Assembly (NCBI RefSeq): GCF_000143415.4
Contig: NW_003314261.1
Coordinates: 6,413,729-6,477,728 of the forward strand
Source: Selaginella moellendorffii
Taxonomy: Eukaryota; Plantae; Lycopodiophyta
DNA: 64,000 nucleotides
Direction of reading: 5' to 3'
Below, one piece after another: positions 34,701-45,500 of this stretch (the stretch's first letter is position 1; each line of letters opens with the position of its first letter). Below the pieces are notes generated by a model, which worked only from the letters and a program-made list of their open reading frames with translations, was not told where the DNA came from and searched no databases. Position numbers and translations under genes: made by a program.

Positions 34701-35720
34701 CGTGAGGAGTATGTTCGTTGCCATCGATGAAAACTTGTAAGGCTCGAAAGGAATGAACGCTACAGCATAGAAAAATCCGCACAGTGAGTCAGAAAGTCAG
34801 CACTCTGCTCTCACCTTCTCGATGCTCCCAGGGACTCATTGACCAAGTTAACGAAGGTCCTAATGCCGGTCTTGACATCTGGCCTTTTCATCTCGTGCAT
34901 GGATAGCATTGCCCTCTTCGCAGCATCGTCATCGACTATATCCAGGAGCCTCTTGTGTCTCCTTGTTAATCGAAAAAGTATCTCCGCAGCACTAGCTTGA
35001 AGTTGGAAGTCTCCACACTTCGGGAGAAAAACCTTGAAAAGCTTGTAGCTGCATGAAAACGTTAGAAACGTAAACTGGAATGCATAGCCGAACTCACCAT
35101 CCAGTCACGTGAAGTATCAGAAACTTCTGGTTCTCGGCCGATCGAGTAATCAAGGCACAAAGAGTCTCCACAGAAGCCCGCTTGAGTTTTAAAGACCCCG
35201 ACTTAGCGCAAGCCAACGTAAGAAGCCTGGTGATGAAGTGCTTCCCAGAAAGAACTTTGCCTGTGTAACGAAAGAGAAAGGAAAATCACTAAGGCCTCAT
35301 CTCTACATACGACCGCTCACCTTGAGGATGATCGCTTAGATCTTCGATGACAAACAAAAGCTGCAAATTCAACGACAAAACCTCCCTCCGAGTGAAATCC
35401 CCAGTGACAAGATTATCATAGAGCTTCGCCAGCGCTTCGAAAAACTCCTCAGTCACGAGAATTTCAGGACGCTGAATAGATTGGAGCCGCTTCAGCAATT
35501 CCTCCAAACGCCCACAGTGCCGCCGCTGGAAGCCATGGATTTGGACCTGAAGAGCGGCCACTGCTACTGTGAAAAAGAATCGCCTATACCAAGAAACACT
35601 CACATTCTCCAGGACGCCGCGTAGCCGCGCGAGGTCCAGCTCCACCGACGAATTCGGATCCAATGCGTTGATAATCTCTTCGACATCCCCGGCAGCCGGA
35701 TCCATCCGTGGCGATTCCAT
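31759..35720 (-). CDS. ASY3: Meiotic chromosome-axis core protein (ASY3/PAIR3-like C-terminal coiled coil, SYCP2-like N-terminal domain), about 20 exons
   Basis: C-terminus VVLFANMLNKFKKKLQSRVRDKTAHIITSTSEAI..QRKLIAQ..AESKILAVQK resembles ASY3. PPSSSQ..GKTSIGIAV resembles the ASY3 closure motif. CGDFQLQASAAEILFRLT and IRTFVNLVNESLGASRSVHSF resemble SYCP2. Confidence 0.8.
32706..33560 (-). repeat. Five tandem exon+intron units (~170-190 bp) within the ASY3-like gene
   Basis: Repeated tttcgtggcgcta..ggtgcagc..tcacg(g/a)aacagcttggcggg blocks separated by ~48-nt GT-AG introns. Confidence 0.92.
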
Positions 35721-35864
35721 CGCGCACTCATCCAGAAAAACCCTAGCTAGCTCAAATACCCTGGACTGGGCGGGAAAACGATAGTACACGTAAAAGAATC
35801 GTGGCCGTCAAAGTGTGCGTTGGTCAATTAACGGTAGAGATCGTAGAAACGATAGAGTGATATT

Positions 35865-36720
35865 CTCATGGCCAGAGTTACACAAGGTGTGTCCAACGAT
35901 TGCTCCCAGCGTAAATCCCACAGCGTTTTTGTGAGCAGCAAGCTAGAAATCTAAGGAAGAAATTTCTAAGTTGGATCAAGCAAAAAAAATGTAAACTTAC
36001 TGGCAATCGTTGCGATCTGGCTTCTATCTCCCATCCGCCAAAAGGGTGAAGGCTTGATTTTGATCAGCCAGAGAATGAAACCTTGGATGTGAGTATACCT
36101 CCAAAAAGATTGGAGCGCAGAAAAATTTTCGGATTCTTGACTTTCCATGCGTGCTGCCTTCCAGTTTCTCCTCGACCTGCGGGAACGAAAGAGGAAAGCT
36201 TGTATATAGCCCGGCTTCCACGCTATATACAATAGCCGCAATCCAAAGAAAGTATACAACACTGCAACAAGGAATAACTGAGGAAAAGAAAGGAACGAAG
36301 AGAAATCCATACCAGTGGCAAAACTATTGATGTGCCTTCGCGAGATAAGATTCTTCCAAGAACGGTGCAGAAAACCTGTTAGCAAAAGAATAAAAGCACC
36401 TGAGTAAACAGGAAAGAAAGCTTACGAGAACTTACAGTCATGAGAGCAAGCACGGTGAGAGCTCCAGAAAGAACTATGGCTCGCGGATGCCTCATCGCCA
36501 TCAGAGCTGCGATGATGAAAGTCTCGTCTCCAATCTACCAGAGGAGCACAAAAGAATTAGGCCTAAAGCAGCAAGCATTAGCAACGGAGAGTTCCGGGAA
36601 GAGCAAACGTTATCTTGCTGACAATAATCATAGCAAAGCTCGAGAACACAACGTCCAGCAAGCCATACCCGCTGAAAATCTCCGGTGCTTGGATCAAGAC
36701 CCCAGTACAATTTCATGTTC
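35865..36720 (-). pseudogene. GDT1/TMEM165 (UPF0016) family pseudogene
   Basis: EIGDETFIIAALMAMRHPR, LYTFFGLRLLYIAW, EVEEKLE, a frameshifted (W)GDRSQIATIA and GHTLC, then truncated. Confidence 0.8.
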
Positions 36721-36766
36721 TCATCCATAGAAATCTAGAAACGAACACAAGGAAGAAAGCATCTTA

Positions 36767-37935
36767 CCTGTGCATTTCGCCAGCCTTTCCAGGTGACAAC
36801 GCTCCTGGACGGGATCTTGCCGAAAAGGGCGATTGTCGCTGCTCTGGGCGTAAGACGCAATCGCGATGTTCCAGGAGACGACGTCGCGGTGTCGCATGAG
36901 CGAGTGGAAGATCTCTCGAGCACCGTTCTGGGCGAATGCTCGAAACATTGCGTTGCCAGACGAAGTTCCTCGCTGCGGCATTCTCTCGAAGATCTGGAGG
37001 GCGCTCTTGGCGTCGCAGGAAAGGTCATAGCCGGCGTTGCAAGAGAGCACGGGCATCTCGTGAAAGAGTTTGCTCGCGTGGTCCATATGCCCGGCTCGGA
37101 CATCAGCGTGGATCATAGAGTTCCAAGTCACGACGCTCTTCTCTGCCAGGGAATCGAAGAACCACCGAGCTCGATCGTGCTCGTCACCGTGAATTAACGC
37201 CACCATCATCGAAGAGGAAGTGATAACATTGCACTGCTCCATGGGATCAAACACCGCAATCGCTTTACCTAGATGCCCATGCTGGGCATATGCGCCCATC
37301 CTCGCGTTTCCAGCCACAACGTCTTCTTCGGGCATTCGATCGGACAGCGTTTTGACCTCTTCCAGATGCCCTTTAGAGCATAGCCTTGGATAGCAATGTT
37401 CCAGGAGAGAACGCTTTGAACGCTGAATCCTCTCAAACACAAGTCCCGCGCGATCATCTTGCCCGCTCCGCACAAAAGCGTTTATCAAGACGTTCATGTA
37501 ATCCCTGTGAGGAAGAAATCGATGGCGTGGTCGAGATCGCGTGGCAATCCTGTCTAAAAGCCAGAGGCAGCAACCCATATGCCCGTTTCAAGCATACGCT
37601 TGGATCATCGTTCTCTGTGGTGTGCTCTCGATCTCTCGCCGAATCCACCATGCCGGCGGGCGACGATCATGTTATTCCACGAGAAGACATTGCGTCGCTC
37701 CAGCTTCCTGAAACCTCTCGCATTTGGTGTACATGTGAACGAGGAGATTGCCCAACAGGGTCTGTGAATCCATGCCATGATCGGCGAGCACGGAATGGAT
37801 TCGCCGCCCCTCGAGCAGCGCCTTGGATCCGCACTGCCGCAAGAGAAACGCGCAGAGATCTCCATCCGGATCGCATCGCTGCTGCTCGATTTGCATCACG
37901 GCCTCACGCAAATCAGCTCTTTTCAACCTCGCCAT
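36767..37935 (-). pseudogene. PLS-PPR pseudogene
   Basis: LLRQCG..ALLEGRRIH, LGNLLVHMYTKC, NVFSWN and VVTWNSMI repeats spread over several frames, with deletions. Confidence 0.85.
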
Positions 37936-38535
37936 TCCTCAAGAAGAACAATGATATAAAACAGTGTTCAGGGTTTAGTGTTTTCACTTGGCATAAGTAA
38001 ATTTTATAAAAATGTACACTTTACCTGAACTTTCGTTATAATATACAGTATAATATTTGGAGTGATTATAACATAGTATAATATATTACCTATTATCGTC
38101 ATTTTAAATTTAAATTTTGAATCATTTTTGAGAATTTTTTAAATTAAAAGGGTTGTTTAGAAGATCTTCTCTTACTAACGCACGAACAATCGGTAATGGC
38201 ATAAGCACAAAATTAATCACGCTACACGATGCGCATTTACAAGCTTTGGGAAGAACTTATCAGGCTAGAATACATATCCTTGAGAAAACAATGTGCGTGA
38301 ATCCCTTCTTCTGTCCATTCAGGGCTTGGATTCGAGCCGGGGACGTTCTGTTCCTGGTGGCTCGTCTTGCGTACAGCAGGAAACTATATATATGAATTCT
38401 CTCCAATACCAAGCCTGAAACTGAGTTTCAATGTCAAACCGAGTTCTATCACTGCTGAGTTTCCCTTGGAATCATCCAAGTTGCAACACTAGGCAATTGT
38501 CGGCAAACCTAGGCACAGGTCTTAGAATTCACAAC

Positions 38536-39993
38536 TTAGAGGGATGATTCAATACTCATTCTCGTCCAAACCGCGAGGTTTTGCCGGAGGAGCTCCATGA
38601 TCCGGCTGGTTTCCCTCCGGGGCTCCTTCCCCGACGCCTCCACTTTGGCCTGTGCCTCATCAATAGCCTGAAAAAACAATGCAGCAGGATTAGCACAAGA
38701 AACAACGTACGCTTGCATACCTGCTGTGCCACAAAACAAGCCCGATCCAGAGAGTTGAGATGCTCGAAGCAAAACGCCGACAAGTTCAGCGCGAGTCCCA
38801 GTCGGAAGGAGTGCGTCGGAGGAAGCTCCGCAAAAGCATGCTCCTGACACATTCAAAACCAGATGTTGTCAAAACCAAAAGAAAAAGAGCTATGAAAACC
38901 ATAAAATAAAATAAAAAATACCTGGGCGATCTTGAAGGCCATGAGGGTGGCTTGTTCGGCCTCCTGGCGTTGTTGGCCGGTCTTCAAATCAACGAGGTAG
39001 CGATTGTAGTCGGCCTTCATCTTGAGATACAAGACCAACGACTCGCCGGTTGAGGACGTCGACATGAGGTGTGCGTCGACGACAGCGAGCATGGCCTTGA
39101 CGGTGTCCTCGTTGCAATTGTTTTGCTCAACATACGACGTGATCCGCAGCAACCCACTTCTCGCTCCCCCTGCCAGCGCCATGAATGTCAGCAAATACCG
39201 CTCCTCTTTCTCCAATCTGGAGAACTCTCTCAACAAGTGGAGATCGTTAAGATACGGGCAGCTTTGATGGCGCTTGTCAACAATGCTCTCAATTCTGGGG
39301 CTTGGGACATATCCTTCTTTCACCATCTCATCAGCAAGCTCTGCTATGTATTCCCCTTTGCGACCAGCCATCCTATACAGTCCCAAGCGATTCAAGCCAT
39401 CACTCATATCACCCCTCCTGACTCTCTTGGTATATCTTTCTTCCTCTGCCGGGAGGAGCACATCAAATTCTATGATGAGCTTCTCAAACATCTCCTTGGT
39501 GCGCCTGTAGCCCAGATCCTTCATTAGTCTGAACACCTGTATAAACTCAACCATGGCCATCCACATCATTGGGCTCTGAATGAACTCTGCATATGTTTCC
39601 TCCTTGCACCTATAAAGTTTAGGCTCCAAAAGCATGGAGGCTGCCCTATTGGGGAATCCTTCTCTAAGACAAGCGCGTACCACTCTATCATACTCACAGT
39701 CCAACGCCAAGCAGAAGCCGCTAAGATCTGAAGCATTTAGCTTCTCCTGTAAAACATCCCAAACGCGCTCTGGAAACATCCTACAAAAGATGTGTGTATA
39801 CTTAATCTTGAACGTTGACTCTTGCTTTCCCATACCCTACCCTTAGGGTTGTCAGCAAAAACAATTTATTTAAAGCCAACAAGTAATTACCTTTTTCCTT
39901 TTCAACATCTGAATGCCATATGGCAGCAGCATCTCTCTGATCAGTACTCAGCACGGCTGCCGCTGTGGAATCCAATGCCGCTGCAGAAGGGAT
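38536..39993 (-). CDS. Chimeric gene: PPR-like helical region fused to a divergent, N-truncated 14-3-3 domain
   Basis: [42 protein letters not shown] and [13 protein letters not shown] across 3 exons. Upstream in the same exon: FRLMKDLG and [13 protein letters not shown]. Confidence 0.75.
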
Positions 39994-40378
39994 ACTATTA
40001 AAGCGAAAACCTCACTTTAAAGGCAGCATAGTGAAGCTTTTACTTGTTTCTGTTGATCACAGTATCAACTGCAGCCTTTACGTCTCTGGAACATTGTGAA
40101 AAAGATAAACAAGCTGTTCGGGATCGCGACTACGGCACTGATGTACTGGAAACATGTACCAAACGAACAACCTTTCCAGACGTGATGACAATGTGGCTAG
40201 AGAGAAAAGTCGAAGATCTTACCGAGCAAATACCGTACCATATGCAGAAGCTTGCCAAACCGTTCTCCACCCCGGCCTACAAAGAGAGGTTGGAAAACAC
40301 ACAGAGAGCAAGGGGATGATGGCAACGCGCAAAATCAAATTTTGCGAGTGGAAAGAAATTTCTCTGGGAGAATGATCG

Positions 40379-40810
40379 TCATTCATTATTCAATGACTTA
40401 CATCTACTTAGAGGCAAGATCCTCCTCTCAACCTGGCCATTCTGGACTCTCTGGCGAGCGAACGCTAAATCATTATCTAGGATAGAGCCTGATTTCCCTC
40501 GATACTCTGGAGGATGCTCCCTGCTACACAAGAGATCCGAATCATCAAATCCACAGCGCCCATAGCTAACCCACGTGGAGCAAATAGTGCCAAATACATT
40601 TCCATGGCTGTGCAATTCCCACAGCTCCTTCTTCTTCCTGTCAATCTCTTCCAACTCCTCATGAGATTTAACCTGTTTAGGCCTACAATCCTTCTGTCGA
40701 CGGATGCCATAAGGCCCATACTCTACCTCTATCCAGTCAGGTTTCACGCCTGTCCTTGAGAATTCCACGACTGCTTTAAGGAACTCCACGGCCGCTTCCA
40801 CCTCCTCCAT
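40379..40810 (-). CDS. ORF with atypical CCCH-like zinc finger; possibly the first exon of the 14-3-3 chimera
   Basis: ATG-initiated 143-aa ORF containing C-x8-C-x8-C-x3-H (CSTWVSYGRCGFDDSDLLCSREH), with a TATA-like sequence just upstream. Confidence 0.45.
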   Translation of the reverse strand: MEEVEAAVEFLKAVVEFSRTGVKPDWIEVEYGPYGIRRQKDCRPKQVKSHEELEEIDRKKKELWELHSHGNVFGTICSTWVSYGRCGFDDSDLLCSREHPPEYRGKSGSILDNDLAFARQRVQNGQVERRILPLSRCKSLNNE

Positions 40811-40965
40811 AGCTTTTCCCTCCCCTAGAAAACTCCTGTTATATAAAAGACAAGTAGGACTTTACTCCAATCTCTCGGGAATATCTGATTTCGGGTTTGT
40901 TTTGGGTGCATACAAAAACAGCAACAGTCGAGGACTTCACATATAGATGCACGAGACCAAACACG

Positions 40966-41300
40966 TCACGTCCTTGTTATATAGTTTGAGCTCGAGCTCA
41001 AGTCATCCCTATCTCCAGAAACTTTAGCTTGATCTTGGTAGAGAGATTGGCATTGATCTCCATTCCAGCCTCTTTCTCGGCTTGAGTAGCACAGGCCTTG
41101 ATACCAGCAACAAAACTTCAAAGCCTTCATCCTGTCAAAAAGTTCCACTCCCAGCTCTTCCTCCCCATTCTCCACACAGCCGAGCATCAGCACCATTTAA
41201 GAGATGACGTTGTGCTATGGCATCCTCTCAAAAACCATGCTAAAGCGCCCCGACTTGGAGTACATATCGACCACAGTATTTGGAAGTTTGATATCTTCTT
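40966..41300 (-). pseudogene. PPR gene fragment
   Basis: VFERMP*HNVIS*MVLMLGCVENGEEELGVELFDRMK..GIKAC with stops. Confidence 0.7.
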
Positions 41301-41365
41301 TGTGCTGATCGCGTCCTCTTCTTCTCAAACTTTTTGCGTGTATATCCACGTAGAGTGCACCGCTT

Positions 41366-42360
41366 TCACTCCCTCTTTAACGAGATGCGAGAAGGGAAGG
41401 GCAGCATCGCCACGAGACGTAGCGTCTGTTCATGGAGCGCGACACCGGACTGATCACTGCTTCTGGGTGGGAAGACGAGTCTGCTGCTGGCGCTTGCCGG
41501 AAGGCTTGATCCATCCTTGAAGGTAATGTCCTCGTGGATGTAATGCACCCCGAGCTGAACGCGAAGCAAGTCACTGAGAACATCAAGATCCGGGGCCTGT
41601 TCCAAGCCATTCATCCAGACGTGCACGGTGAGCGTCTCAAACTTGAAGTGATCTACATCACCCTGAAACCACTGCAATGAGAAGAAAGGATCAGCGATTG
41701 AGTGGTAAGAACGAGCAAACCTTTAAATCTATGCACCTGACACCGAAATGGATGCTTTCCAGGTGACAGGCGGGCTCAAAATCTCTGCCAATTGGAATGG
41801 CAATCCCATTGGTGGTCTCCAAAGGATAGCTCGGTGGTGAGACTCAAAACGTGAAGACGCTAGCATGCTCCCAGTTCCTAGCGATCTTCAGCTTCTTGAG
41901 ATTGTAGATGATCCAGCACGAGAGCTCGAGCTCACGCAAGCTTTCGGGGTGTGAGATCCCAATAGACATTCCGTCCAAGCTGCCAACTTTCATAACACCA
42001 AGCTTCTGAACGCCAAGATCAATCAAATATTAAACTTTCTCGTTCTCGCTGCAACCTTGAAATAACCCGAGAAATGGAAACTCTCGAGGCTAGCAGTCTT
42101 GAGCGTGGCTAGCGTCAGGCCTGCTGCAGGGAGCGCCTCCAGACACACTCGTAGCTCTTCAAAACTGGCAGCTTGCAAATGGCGACTGATCGAAGAGGCT
42201 CTTAGAACTGTAGAAGTCTCCAGCCATCCGGAAGCACTTGAGCTTGCGGAAGCACGGGAGCAAGCTCCACATGGCCGGTCCCAATTCAAGGCTGCCCCAC
42301 ACCTCGAGGTCTAGAACCGTAAGAGACTCACATGAGCCAGTGGCCTGTAGCTTCAGATTT
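41366..42360 (-). pseudogene. LRR/RNI-like (F-box-type) gene remnant
   Basis: LxxLxL repeats (ESLTVLDL, RKLKCFRM, SLESFHF, SLRELELSC) in shifting frames, with the 5' end lost. Confidence 0.45.
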
Positions 42361-42587
42361 TTTGAGGCAGGAGAACAAGACCTTGAGCTCCTCAAGGCAG
42401 CCGGGAGCCATCTTGGTGGTGCGATGGAGATGGTGTCTTCTTTCTTCCTCAACACGGTCTTGTCCCTCACAATGAAATTGAAGTGGAGGCCGACTTTACT
42501 GTAATCAGCCCATAAAGCTATTATATAGGTTAGTATAATATGTACAATTGGAGTACATAATAAGTTAATCATTTTAAATATAAATAT

Positions 42588-45500
42588 TGTGAGTGTTTGG
42601 AATATGGAAAGGGAATTCAGAAATGTGCATATCAATTAGCCCAAAAACTTTAGTTTATATATAGGAGTGAGTGGTCCAGATTGAAACTAATCCAACGGCT
42701 ACCAAAATCCCACTACGTTAATATTAATATACGGCATCATAGCCATACACTTGGCCCTCACATCATCCCCTCCCCTCGGAATAATGGAAGACCATCAGGG
42801 TTCTCTTGTAGACGGGCCGAGATCTGCAGGAACATCAGGAGGAGGCATCGGCAGATTTGTAGATGGTATTAACTGCTCCTGATCCCTTTGTATGAAGCAT
42901 TTTAACCGCTGCACATGCACAATCTCTAGAAGATCGGCCTGTTGGACGTCATGCTGAACCTCATAAACTTGTGGTCCAACTTGCCACAACACTTGATATG
43001 GTCCTTTCCACTGTGCAAGGAGCCCCTTAGATAAACCACGTACTGTAAGATGGGGAAAACGGACTAATACCAAATCATCCACTTTGTACTCCGCAGGTGG
43101 ACGATGATGGGAGTTATAGTGCCGTTTTTGTCCCACTTGTACGCGGCATAAGTGTTTGGTAGACTTCACTCAGACAAGTGGAAGAATGCTTGTCAAATAT
43201 TGATCCCATGACTTAGCATCTGCAGCTTGTGGCAATTGCGAAGGTAAACCTAGCTCTGTTGGTAATATTGGATCATGACCATATAGGAGTTTATATGGTG
43301 AAGCACTAACAAAACTCTGCACCTCAGTGACATATGCATACCGAAGAGATGGCAAATAACCATCCCAATCCGAATGCTGAAAGTTCACATACTTCACAAT
43401 CATCCCCTTGAACGTCCGAATGAGCCGTTCCACCAGACTGTCTGATTGTGGATGATAAGCACTCGTGAAAGTGTGGCGAATCCCCAACTGAGATGTCAAA
43501 ACATGAAATGCCTCAGCCATAAATGCGGGACCATTATCCGAAAGAATCCGCTCTAGACAAGAATGCTGGAACACCACTCGATTGAGGAGGAAGTATCCAA
43601 CAGCAGTTGCAGAGGCGCTAGCAAGAGCACCAACTTCCACCCAACGAGTCAAATAGTCAGAAGCAATAATAACATACTCATTGCCAGCAGTTGACCGTGG
43701 AAAAGGTCCCATAAGATCAAATGCCACCAACTCAAACAGACGGGAAATTGCAATTGACTCTAACCGTCTTTCCGCAGCCCGAGGGGGAGTATTACGAGTT
43801 TGGCACCAAATGCAACTATGCACATACCGGATAATATCACGTTGCATCTCCGGCCAATAGAAAGACCTGCGTAACTTCTCAATTACACGATGATGTCCCA
43901 TATGCCCACCTAGAACAGAAGAATCATGGTAGGCATGGAGAAACCGCGGAATAAAGATAGAAGGCACCACCAGCCGTAAATGATCATCAGGATCGGTCCC
44001 CACAAAATAAAGAAGGCCACCTTCAAAATGATATTAAGAATGTAAATGCCAGAAAGGCAAGTCATCAGCAAGTGATGTAGAATTCTCAAACCCATCTCGA
44101 AGCCTTCGAATCCATGGCTCAATCTTTTGAGCCTCGCAAACCTCATCAAGCGAAGGTAGATCTTGCTCTGCACCTTGTGGACACTAAACGTTAAGTACAG
44201 CAACCATCGACGGCACAGAATCCTCATCTAGAAAATCCACAAATGTTGGAACAACAGGCTCATCAGAAACATGAGAAGAGAATGAAGAAGGAAGAGGAGC
44301 TCGAGAAAGGGCATCAGCATCAACCATAGAACTCCTTAGGCAGTGAACAACATCAAAATCATATATCTGAAGCTTCAAAGCCCACCGAGCAGTACGGCCA
44401 ACCAGGTTCTTCCGCTTTAATAACGAAGTAACAGCAATATGGTCACCTTCAAGTAACGTCCGAGAACCATGTAGATATGCATGAAGTTTCTCGAAACCCC
44501 AAACTGCTGCTAAACACTCCTTCTCTATTGTGGAGTAGTTCATCTCCGCTAGTTGTAATGTACAGCTTATATATGCAATGGGATGGCGTTGACCAGGCAC
44601 ACTCGAGCTCTCTTGCATTAACACAACTCCAAAACCAATGTCAGAAGTATCCACGCACAAAATAAAAAGTTGAGTGTAGTCAAGATATGCCAAAACCGGA
44701 GGAGTTGTTAATAACTTTTTGAGATCCCCGAACGCCCGCTCACAATCCGGAGACCAGATGAAAGATGATGTTGATGACTTCAGCAACGCTCATAATGGTG
44801 TAGTGCAATCAGAAAGATGATCCACAAAATGCCCGAGATACTGCACCTTGCCCAAGAAGTGCTGCATATCATTCACACACTTCGGAGTAGGGAACTTTAG
44901 AACAGCCATAAGTTTGTCAGGATCAACTTGCAAACCCTCACGAGAAATATAGTACCCAAGATAAATTGTGTCCTTGGATCCAAACATGCACTTTGACCGT
45001 TTCAGCTTTAAACCAACGTCGCGTAGCCGATCCAACACTTTACAAACATCACGAACGTGCTCCTCCCACGTCCCCTCCAAGTGGAGCAAGACATCATCAA
45101 TGAAGTCAGCAGTCACCTCCGGCATATCACAAAGAACCTCGTCCATCATTTGTTGAAAAGCTACTAGAGCATTGTTCAAACCAAATGGAATCACCAAGAA
45201 CTCATACAAACCAAATGGTGTACGAAAAGTAGTCTTAGGAATATCTTCTTTGGCCATCGGTACTTGCTAGTACCCAAAAGCAAGATCTAGCTTGGTGAAC
45301 CAACGACTTCGCCCTAAATGATCCAAGAGATCAGCAGTGTGAGGAAGAGGGTACACATCCGAGATCGTTACGTCATTTAATGGACAATAATCGATGCAGA
45401 AACGAATACTCCCATCAAGCTTCGTCACAAGATGAGGTTCACATGCCCAAGGACTTCGCGACTTCCGAATAACACCCTTCTCTAACATCTCCTTAACATT

